From an uncultured Candidatus Binatia bacterium (GTDB taxonomy: Bacteria > Desulfobacterota > Binatia > UBA9968 > JAJDTQ01), in contig OZ219754.1 of NCBI GenBank assembly GCA_964291295.2, positions 2,080,001 to 2,144,000 of the forward strand: a DNA stretch of 64,000 nt, given 5' to 3'. The notes beneath the pieces were generated by a model that was not told the origin of the DNA, searched no databases, and saw only the letters and a program-made list of their open reading frames with translations. Each line of letters starts with the position of its first letter. Positions within the stretch are counted from its first letter, which is position 1. Position numbers and translations under genes: made by a program. This document shows, piece after piece, positions 56,223 through 64,000 of this stretch.

Positions 56223-57155
56223 TCAGGGAAGCAACAACCCGGACCGCAGCAGCGCCCGGCGGATGCGCTCGCGCTCCTCGTGGCCGATGCGTCTGAGAGG
56301 CGGACGCACCACGGCCCTGTCGATCCTTCCCAGCAGCACCAGCGCTTCTTTCATGCGGTTGTGCATGTCCACGAACGGCGGCGCGTAGAACACTTCCACG
56401 AGTGGCGCAAGCCGGTCGTTCAGGCGGCGGCCGGCTTCCAGGTCTCCGGCCTGAACGGCCCGGAACAACTCCGCGTGCAGGTCCGCGGTGACGCTCCCCA
56501 TACCCGAGATGGAACCGTCGGCGCCGAGCACGTAGCTGGCCAACAGCGACATGGTGTAGCTGCTCAACAGGGCCACGGGCCGGCCGGTGCCGCGCAGCGC
56601 CCGCAGATTGGCCTCCAGCGCCACCATGTCGTTGCTCCAGTCCTTGACCCCCACCACGGGATCGACCTCCGCCAGCCGCGCCAGGGTGTCCGGATCGTAG
56701 CCGATGCCGCTGGCCGGCGGATACTCGAAGACGATCAACGGCAGGTCCGTGGCCGCGGCCACGGTCTCGAAGTGGGAGACGGCCATCTCGGGACGCAGTC
56801 GGGCGCCCCACATGAAGAGCGTCGGCGGAAAGACCAGCAACCCGGCCGCGCCTTCGACCTTGGCGTCTTTGGCAAGCTCGGCGGCTTCCAGGGTGTTGTC
56901 CGTGTAGATGCCGGAGATGAGTTCCACCCGGTCGCCGACCGCGTCGGCGGCGATGGCCAGCGCACGGCGCCGCTCTTCCCGGTCCAGGGACGACACCTCG
57001 GCGGCGTGGCCGTTGCAGACAATGGCGTCGACGCCATCCACGGAGGCGAGCCATGAAAGGTGTCTCCGGTAGTTGGCCTCGTCGAAGGACAGGTCTTCCT
57101 GGAACGGGAGCAGATTGGCCGGGATGGCACCGCTGAAACGGAGTGTGCGTGTCAT
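56223..57155 (-). CDS. Dihydrodipicolinate synthase (DapA-like) family aldolase/dehydratase
   Basis: LLPF, CNGHAAE, VGVKDW Schiff-base Lys, VRPPL. Confidence 0.9.
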   Translation of the reverse strand: MTRTLRFSGAIPANLLPFQEDLSFDEANYRRHLSWLASVDGVDAIVCNGHAAEVSSLDREERRRALAIAADAVGDRVELISGIYTDNTLEAAELAKDAKVEGAAGLLVFPPTLFMWGARLRPEMAVSHFETVAAATDLPLIVFEYPPASGIGYDPDTLARLAEVDPVVGVKDWSNDMVALEANLRALRGTGRPVALLSSYTMSLLASYVLGADGSISGMGSVTADLHAELFRAVQAGDLEAGRRLNDRLAPLVEVFYAPPFVDMHNRMKEALVLLGRIDRAVVRPPLRRIGHEERERIRRALLRSGLLLP

Positions 57156-57889
57156 GGATCGTCTCCTGCGCGCGATTCAAGGGGAATCCGGCTGCGCGGC
57201 CTTTTGAAAAAGCGCGTCGGTCATGGTGCTTCCTCGATCTTGCCGAACTCCGGTGGTTTCCCCGTCATGCGGACAGCTGGCTCGAAGCATCGCGCTTGCG
57301 GCAGACGGTCCATGGTCCCCGGAGGTTTCGAAAGGCAGATTCGAGACCGCCAAGGGTGAATCCGCATACTGTCATGACATGGCGAAACGTGGACATGGCG
57401 AAGCATCAAGCATGGCGCAGCATCGGTCTCGAATCAGTTCATCCGGATCATCCGGAACGGGCAGACACTGCAGGCAAAGGCACCTTGAGGATTTGCTCTT
57501 CCTGGTCGAGACTGCCTACAATACCCCGAATATTGACGAAAGCCGAACGTGGACGGAGGCCGAGCGATATCTTCCTTGCCCGAAGTCTTTTGTCCGATGT
57601 CTTCCATCCTCGATTGTCTGTCCGAGAGTGTCTCCAGGAACGTCTTTGTCCTTGCCCGATCTCCACGAGGAGGCGAGGCACGATGGTGATCATGACCGGC
57701 TTGATTCGTCTCACGATACGGGTGCCGAAAGCCGGGGACGACCGTGAGCGCTTCCACCGGCTGCTGGCGGTCTCGGCACCGCGGGAGCGTCTCCTTGTCT
57801 TGTCATGGCGCTGATGCCGGTCACCCCGGCCGTATGCACGGGTCGACTCGCCTGTCCCGGTTTTGCGTACCGCATGACAGGGTGATCCA

Positions 57890-58177
57890 GTGAACCGATT
57901 GCTGACTCTGACGCTTGGCCCCGCGGTGGCTCTCTGCACCGCTTGCGCGGGTCCGGATGCACAGGACAACGCCCCCGACCCGAGGAGGCTTGGTTCTCCT
58001 GTCGTAAAGGATGGCACCATCTACACGCCTGTGAGCCAAGGACCGCAGGGGTGTTTGCTCTATAACGTCCGCATTCCGGGTGGACAGGCTCCAGCCGCCC
58101 TGGTGTACCGGAACGCGGAAGGACGATTCAGCCATGATCGTCCGGAGCGATGTACCAGGCGCGGCAAGGCTCCATAG
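57890..58177 (+). CDS. Small putative lipoprotein (hypothetical)
   Basis: Basic N-terminus, hydrophobic core, lipobox-like CTAC; two further Cys. Confidence 0.6.
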   Translation: MNRLLTLTLGPAVALCTACAGPDAQDNAPDPRRLGSPVVKDGTIYTPVSQGPQGCLLYNVRIPGGQAPAALVYRNAEGRFSHDRPERCTRRGKAP

Positions 58178-58244
58178 CCGCCTGTTCTTGACAGAGTGCG
58201 CAACCGGGCGGAACGCTCAGGTTCCTGAAGCATCTGTTCCAGTC

Positions 58245-58380
58245 CGAACCCGGGGCGACCCGGCGCAAACCGCTCACACTCTGCTTGACGATCTGGCGAC
58301 CCTAACCGTGAACACGTTCCAGGCTCGTTTGCCTGACGCCAGGCCATTCGAGGCCGCCACCCGGCCCACCCCGCTTTCCT
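58245..58380 (+). mobile_element. IS1634-like transposase C-terminal remnant
   Basis: HTLLDDLATLTVNT...F...TRPTPL resembles the IS1634-family C-terminus; no start codon or catalytic core. Confidence 0.6.
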
Positions 58381-58413
58381 TGACAGGCACGGTTTATTGG
58401 ACAAGACCTTGAC

Positions 58414-58450
58414 TTGATGGGGGGGGGGGGGGAGGGGGGTAAAGTACTAT
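58414..58450 (+). promoter_or_regulatory. Promoter candidate with poly-G spacer (G14-A-G6)
   Basis: TTGATG, 20-nt G-run spacer, TAAAGT/TACTAT; about 60 nt upstream of the RTX start. Confidence 0.55.
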
Positions 58451-58510
58451 TCATGACAGGACGGTCTGGATGGGCCGGCATACGGGCACATACGAAAAGG
58501 AGGCGTAACC

Positions 58511-59976
58511 ATGGGTATTGAGCGAACCGGCGGCGATGGCAATGATGAACTGAGGGGCGGTGTTGGCGACGATACGCTGGACGGCGGCAAGGGCAACGAC
58601 ATTCTCTACGGGGGCGACGGCGGGGACAGGCTGTCGGGGGGCGACGGGTCCGACTGGCTGTATGGCGGCGGTGGTGATGACCCGCTCATAGAGGGCGGGG
58701 CGGGCAACGATTGGCTTTGGGGCGAAGAGGGCGATGACGTGCTGGACGGCGGCGCCGATGACGACACGCTGTATGGCCGTTCGGGCGATGACACGCTGAG
58801 GGGCGGCACGGGCGTGGACACGCTGTATGGCGGTTTGGGGGCGGACACCTTCGCGTTCGCGGTGGGGGACGGCGTCGACACGATCGCCGATTTCGAGGCC
58901 GGGGACACGATCGAGATTGCCGGGGTGTCTGGCGGTTTTTCTGCGCTGGTGATCGAGCAGGAGGGCGCCAATGCGGTCATCCGCTACGGCGAGGGCGACG
59001 CTATCACGGTGGAGGGGGTGACGGCGTCCTCGCTGGGCGCGGACGACTTCCTGTTTCCCGACGCCGAGAAGACCCCGCAGGCGAGCGGCGAGGAGGACAC
59101 CGCTGCGCAGAGTGCCCCTGCGCAGAGTACGCTGACGGGCGGCAAGGGCGACGACAGTATGAGGGGCAGCAAGGGCGACGACACGCTGAGGGGCGGCAAG
59201 GGCGACGATTGGCTGACCGGTGGCCGCGGGGATGACACGCTGGAGGGCGGCAAGGGCGACGACACGTTCGTCTTCGATTCGGGAGACGGGAACGATATCA
59301 TCACCGACTTCGGAGAAGGCGATAGGATTCACTTGTATGGCGTCGACGTCACATCGCTGCGTATCGAAGAGGACGGCGGCGATGCCGTCATCCATTACAG
59401 CGACGACGACACCATCACCGTGTCGGGTGTGTCGGTGGATTCTCTGGAATTTGGCAAGAACATGGCATACTCCACGGGCAGTGAGCGATTCTTCGGGACG
59501 CCGCCGGAGGATCCGGGCCTCAGCGGCGACGACTACATCAAAGGCAGCAAGGACGACGACAGGCTGAAAGGCCACGGAGGCGACGATACGATCTACGGCG
59601 ACGAGGGCGAGGACAAACTCTACGGCGGCGACGGCGACGATGGCGACGACTACCTCGACGGCGACGACATCATCTACGGCGGCAGTGGCGACGACAACCT
59701 CGCCGGCGAAAAGGGCAACGACACCCTCTACGGCGGCAAGGGCGACGACATCCTCGCCGGCGGCGACGGCAGCGACCGTTCGGTCTGGACGTCATTGAGA
59801 TCAAGAATTTCAGCAATTGGCCGTGGCACTTGCGCGCTTCCTTGAGTTTCGAAGACTTCACCATAAGCCAATCGGGCAACGACACGATCATCACCTGGAG
59901 TGGCGGATCCATCACGCTGGAGGGGATCCTGGCGTCGCAAATCAACGAGGCCGATTTCGATTTCACGGTGGGCTGA
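58511..59976 (+). pseudogene. RTX (hemolysin-type Ca-binding) repeat protein, frameshifted near 59780
   Basis: Many GGxGxDxLx nonamers, AAGGAGG SD, no signal peptide; natural C-terminus ITLEGILASQINEADFDFTVG* lies in another frame. Confidence 0.85.
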
Positions 59977-59994
59977 CGCCACCGGACGCGGGCA

Positions 59995-60100
59995 GCTTGT
60001 GTTCAGCAAGGGCAGCCGCGGTAAAATATGGAACTTTGAGGATGGCAAGGACAAGATATCACGCAGCGCCGGCAACGACACGCTGGAGTGTGACTTTTGA
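59995..60100 (+). pseudogene. Short remnant of another RTX-type module
   Basis: VFSKGSRGKIWNFEDGKDKI...AGNDTL resembles the IxDFxxGxDxI motif. Confidence 0.45.
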
Positions 60101-60169
60101 GGAGGTATCCCAAGCGGACCTGCTTGAGGGATATCTTGATTTCTGCTGACACGCCTTGATGACCAGACA

Positions 60170-60195
60170 AAAGGGCGGCCCATGGGCCGCCCTTT
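60170..60195. terminator. Bidirectional intrinsic terminator
   Basis: Perfect palindrome AAAGGGCGGCCCATGGGCCGCCCTTT with A and T tails, between convergent units. Confidence 0.85.
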
Positions 60196-60213
60196 CTTTA
60201 TCTGCCGGGCTGG

Positions 60214-60408
60214 TCAGGCAAGGGCGTCCTTCGTTTCGGTCAGCAGCCGCATGAGGCGGTTGGCTTCGGGATGCCCTTGGTGCTTGTCGGGGTGCACAAT
60301 CCCGGCCATGCGGGCGAAGGCTTGCTTCGCGCTGCGGCCTCGGCCAACTTTTCGGAACCGTTCGACTTCGAGCACGTGTTCATCGCCGGCACCATCGTGC
60401 CAGCGCAC
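60214..60408 (-). pseudogene. C-terminal J-domain fragment (HPD motif)
   Basis: KQAFARMAGIVHPDKHQGHPEANRLMRLL; no clear SD. Confidence 0.55.
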
Positions 60409-60621
60409 CCGAAGGCCGCCGGCGCATGCGGCCGGGGGCTCGGGCGCTCCCGGGGCGGATGGGCCTGCAGGATTGTCGCGGTTGCCGATGCGCTGGCTAT
60501 CGGGTGCGGTTCGTGGTCCTTCCCGGCCAGCGGCAGGGCCTCATGTGGACGCCGCAGCCGTGTTGGGCGGCTTTCCGTTCGAGGCCCGGATGGCCGGCCG
60601 GGCCTTTGACGCAACTGGCTG

Positions 60622-62214
60622 CTAGTGCGAGTCGAATATCTCCTGGTACCGCGCGATGGCCGCGAGCAAGGCCTCGCGCTCCCGCCCGGTCGGGCAGCGG
60701 GGGTCGCGCGCCTTGGGCAGACGTCCCAGGCGCAGCATGGCGGCGCGCAGCAGCACGCGGGCCTTGGTGGCGTCCAGGTTGTTCCCTTCGATGGTCAGAT
60801 CGTCGGGGTCGGAGGGCAGCGCGCCCTCCGGATCGCCCCGGCTCACCCGCACCACCGGCATGCCGCCGCAGGCGGCGATGGCGAGGGCGGCGGTCTGGCT
60901 CGGGAGTGCCGAGCCGGTGCCTGCGGCTCCCTCCAGGACGAAGCCGTGAAACCGCGGCGCGCCCGGCTCCGCGGACCGTTGCTGCGCGAGTCCCCGTTGA
61001 ATGCGGGCCATGATGTCCACTTCCGCGTCCGCGTCGTCCGCGTCGTCCTCCGCCATGTAGTGGCCGTACTTCACCACGTGCACCGGCGCGATGACATCGC
61101 CGCGCAGCGCGCCGTGGCCGTCCTTGATGCGGATGCCCGTCGCCTCGGGGCTGTCGCCGTATTTCTGAAAGCGGACTTCGGCGGGCAGGTTCTTCACCGC
61201 CAGCGCGGATGCCCCCGTGGTCCGGTACGCGGGGCGGAACCACACCCGCACCTCATGACCGGCGCTGCCGAGCACGCCCCCGTGTCCGCCGGTGGCGCGA
61301 TATCCGCCCGGACGCGCGTCGCCCTTCTTGAAGGTACGCGCCGCGAATATCTGTTCGTCCACGATGCCCACCGCGCCCAATCCCGCCCCGAGACCCGATG
61401 CGATATAGCGTGTGGCGTCGACGATGTTCCGGTCGCCGTCATTGGCCAGGGTTCCGTGCGCGCGCTGCGACGATATGCCCACGAAGGGCAGGGGTGTGTC
61501 CAGCACGAGGCTCAACCAGTACAGCGTCTCCTCCAGATGCGGGCTGCCCTCCAGCCAGATGAAGCCGTCGTGGCGCCCCGAGTCGATGGTCTGCTGGACC
61601 ACGTTGACCGCCCGCGCCATGGCTGAATGGGGCGGAAACTTGCCGAGGGGCCGGGGGCTGTACGGGAAGAAGTCGCGCCCGGCCAACTCGCCCCGCTTCA
61701 CATAGCCCGACGGTGGGAGTACGCGCACGAAGTCGAACTCCGCAAGCCGGTCCAACGCGCTCGCTGCGCCGTCGTGGCCGCGCCCGCTCAGCCCGCGGTC
61801 GATCTCCTCGAACAGCCGCGAGGCATCCGGAAAGAAGGTCTGCCGACCGCCGTAACCCATGCCCGCATCCCGCAGGTCGGCATCCTCGAAGGGTGTACCG
61901 TCCTTCGAGCCGTCGGCGCGGCGCGCCATGTAGGGCAGCGGATACGAGCCGTCCTCGGGGCGCAACTCCACCTCGTGGTACGGCTTCCCGTCGTCGTGAT
62001 AGACCTCGGCGGCGTCGGATTCCAGCGGGTGCGCGGTGAATTTCTCGATGCGCACCCGCACGGGCCGGTGCAGGCGCTGTGGTACGAGGTGATCGAACCG
62101 CCCCTCCAGTTGCCGTTCCCCCGCCATCCGCCCCTTGTTGCTGGTAACCAGCGCCGGTGTATTGGTGATGGTGGCTCGCGGTCCCGAGAATACCGCTATG
62201 CGAGGTCGGGTCAT
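60622..62214 (-). CDS. Asparaginase-domain-like protein
   Basis: IAVFSGPRATI, WLEGSPHLEETLYWL, SSQR, DGDRNI, KARVLL; GGAGGT SD before ATG 62214. Confidence 0.78.
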   Translation of the reverse strand: MTRPRIAVFSGPRATITNTPALVTSNKGRMAGERQLEGRFDHLVPQRLHRPVRVRIEKFTAHPLESDAAEVYHDDGKPYHEVELRPEDGSYPLPYMARRADGSKDGTPFEDADLRDAGMGYGGRQTFFPDASRLFEEIDRGLSGRGHDGAASALDRLAEFDFVRVLPPSGYVKRGELAGRDFFPYSPRPLGKFPPHSAMARAVNVVQQTIDSGRHDGFIWLEGSPHLEETLYWLSLVLDTPLPFVGISSQRAHGTLANDGDRNIVDATRYIASGLGAGLGAVGIVDEQIFAARTFKKGDARPGGYRATGGHGGVLGSAGHEVRVWFRPAYRTTGASALAVKNLPAEVRFQKYGDSPEATGIRIKDGHGALRGDVIAPVHVVKYGHYMAEDDADDADAEVDIMARIQRGLAQQRSAEPGAPRFHGFVLEGAAGTGSALPSQTAALAIAACGGMPVVRVSRGDPEGALPSDPDDLTIEGNNLDATKARVLLRAAMLRLGRLPKARDPRCPTGREREALLAAIARYQEIFDSH

Positions 62215-62427
62215 CGGTTCACCTCCCTGCAAGGCCCCTGCCCCTTGGCTCACGTCCGGGTCCGGTGGTGGGCGCGGGCCGCCGGGGCGCCATCGCCGCA
62301 CCGCAAGCGGGAACCGGGCTCCCGGGCCGCCGCCGGCCGCGGCCCGTCTTCGTCCCGGCGCGGCCCGCCGCTCCGGTCCGGCGTATTTCCGGCACAAACG
62401 TGCGTCGTCATCACCGGGCCTGCCGTG

Positions 62428-63999
62428 TCACACCAACCCCCAGGTCCGCCGCAGCCACCATTCCGTCCCCAGCAGCAGCACCGCCAAGGTGAACAGCAGG
62501 GGTTCGTTCCAGAGTGCCACTTGCCTTCGCGCCACGATGCTGGATGGTGCGGCCCGCTCCATCAACTCCTCGAACTCCGACCAGTGGGCCTCGGTCAACG
62601 CGCCGGCGTTGACGAACAGGCCCTGGCTTCGGGCGGCCACGGCTTCCAGCAGTTCCGGCCGCGGCCGGCCGTCGTCGTTTTCCTCCGACGGCAGCGCCAC
62701 CAGGAAGTTGGCGGCGGCGTTGCCAATGGGCTGTCCCGAGGACGACGCGCGCGCCACGATGCGGTGAGAGCCCTCCAGCCGCGGCGTGAACTCGGAGCGG
62801 TACTCCCCCGGCTGGTCGGTGACGGCCGTTTCCAGCGGGGTCTTTTCACCCTCCGGCCCGGTGACCACCACCTGCAGGGCCGGATTCTCGGCCGGGGCGT
62901 GGTCGTCCCGCAACACCCGGATGCGGAACTCGAGGGGTGTTCCCGGCCGCCGGGAGCCGCCCACCGCCAGGATCTGCACCTGGTCGAAGGCCGGCTCCCG
63001 CGCCAGCCAGCGCACGCCGTTCCGAATGAGCTTCAGATGGAGCTGGGGGTTCTGGTTGCGGCCGACCGCATCGAAGTTCCAGCGCCAGAGATCGTCGCTG
63101 GCAAACGCCATGGATCGTCCCTTGTGGTATCGACCCACGGTCAGCAGCGGTGCCTCGCGTCCCCGATCCCGCGCCGAAAGCAGCACTTCGCCATTGGCCT
63201 GCGCCACCTCGTTGAGGGTGGTCAGCGGCGGCAGCGCGCGCCAAGCGTCCTCGTTGGCCGCGGGATCGGCGAACACGCGCGTCAGCGGGTGAGCCTTGCC
63301 GGCCGGCGTCAGGACAGGGCGCGCGGCCACGCCGGTCCTGAAGGCGCCGCGTCCGTCCAGCTTCACCGGCAGCACCGGGGCCAGAGCGGTTTCGTGGTAT
63401 CCGCCGCGGTCGAAGGCGCGGGCGCCGCCCATCATGGCGATGCCGCCGCCGTTCCGGACAAAGTCCCGGATGTTCTCGAAGTAGAGCGGGTTGAAGTAGG
63501 TGCGGTGCGAAAAGTTGTCCAGGATCAGGACGTCGAAGTTCTGGAGCTCCTCGACGAAGATCTCGTCGATGGGAAAGGGAATCAGGCTCAACTCGTTCTC
63601 GCGCACATCCACCACGTCGCTGGGAGTGCGCAGGAAGACGAACGACACCAGTTCCAGAAACGGATCCTGCTTCAACGCGAAGCGCAGGAACCGGTAGTTC
63701 CACGAAGGGGCTCCCGACAGGGTCAACACCCGGAGCTTGTCCCGGCGCACATCCATCCGGAACGCCTTGCGGTTGTTTCCGGCAATGCTCTCGCCCGCGA
63801 GTTCGGGCAGGGTCAGGGTGAAGCTGTGGGTCCCCAGTTCCCGCGGCGTGTAGTGGAGGGTGACACGGTTCTCGTAGACGTTTCGATCGATGGTGATGGG
63901 ATGGGTCGAGATGAGGTTGCGCCCGAGGTTGAAGTAGAGCGGCACCTCGGTGCCGGCCAGGCCATACGCCTGAATGATCAGGTCGATGGTGATGGCGCG
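62428..63999 (-). CDS. GATase1-like domain membrane protein (5' truncated by window)
   Basis: LRVLTLSGAPSWNYRFL, LSLIPFP, FVRNGGG, GRYHKGRS, DDLWRW, C-terminal EWWLRRTWGL. Confidence 0.85.
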   Translation of the reverse strand, partial: RAITIDLIIQAYGLAGTEVPLYFNLGRNLISTHPITIDRNVYENRVTLHYTPRELGTHSFTLTLPELAGESIAGNNRKAFRMDVRRDKLRVLTLSGAPSWNYRFLRFALKQDPFLELVSFVFLRTPSDVVDVRENELSLIPFPIDEIFVEELQNFDVLILDNFSHRTYFNPLYFENIRDFVRNGGGIAMMGGARAFDRGGYHETALAPVLPVKLDGRGAFRTGVAARPVLTPAGKAHPLTRVFADPAANEDAWRALPPLTTLNEVAQANGEVLLSARDRGREAPLLTVGRYHKGRSMAFASDDLWRWNFDAVGRNQNPQLHLKLIRNGVRWLAREPAFDQVQILAVGGSRRPGTPLEFRIRVLRDDHAPAENPALQVVVTGPEGEKTPLETAVTDQPGEYRSEFTPRLEGSHRIVARASSSGQPIGNAAANFLVALPSEENDDGRPRPELLEAVAARSQGLFVNAGALTEAHWSEFEELMERAAPSSIVARRQVALWNEPLLFTLAVLLLGTEWWLRRTWGLV

Positions 64000-64000
64000 G

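Noticed and set aside
59780-59845. Cys in the RTX frameshifted tail as an MNIO target, or a programmed frameshift
   Set aside because: The tail is an out-of-frame by-product, and no slippery heptamer is visible at the junction.
1-64000. tRNA, rRNA, riboswitch, integrase or intact transposase
   Set aside because: None recognised by eye; an Rfam/tRNAscan run would be needed to exclude small RNAs.

Overview
High-GC bacterial DNA, densely coding, from an aerobe rich in transport and catabolic genes. No rRNA, tRNA or CRISPR was seen. In order, the window holds: (1) the 3' part of an aa3-type cytochrome c oxidase operon; (2) an AfuABC-like ABC transporter with an inositol-monophosphatase-family gene; (3) nadX, a TPP enzyme, two MFS transporters and RidA; (4) an ECF sigma/anti-sigma/Spy-like module; (5) TAXI-TRAP and ABC transporters; (6) a tightly coupled operon of a DUF692 multinuclear non-heme iron oxidase (MNIO), a DUF2063-like partner, a peptidase-less HlyB-type ABC exporter, a 37-codon Cys-containing sORF and a degenerate SDR, which is the best candidate for an undescribed RiPP/protein-modification system; (7) a minimal soxYZ-soxEF-yeeE sulfur cluster; (8) LLM/TRAP/cupin catabolic genes; (9) a hidden GrdB/PrdB-like selenoprotein (in-frame UGA in a UxxC motif plus a SECIS-like hairpin) beside a cupin, an amidohydrolase and an orphan molybdopterin subunit; (10) a decaying accessory islet with an IS1634-like scar and an RTX gene that has a poly-G promoter spacer and a frameshifted secretion signal. 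Several gene remnants and short tandem duplications suggest ongoing genome erosion. All calls come from motif recognition by eye; no database search was run.
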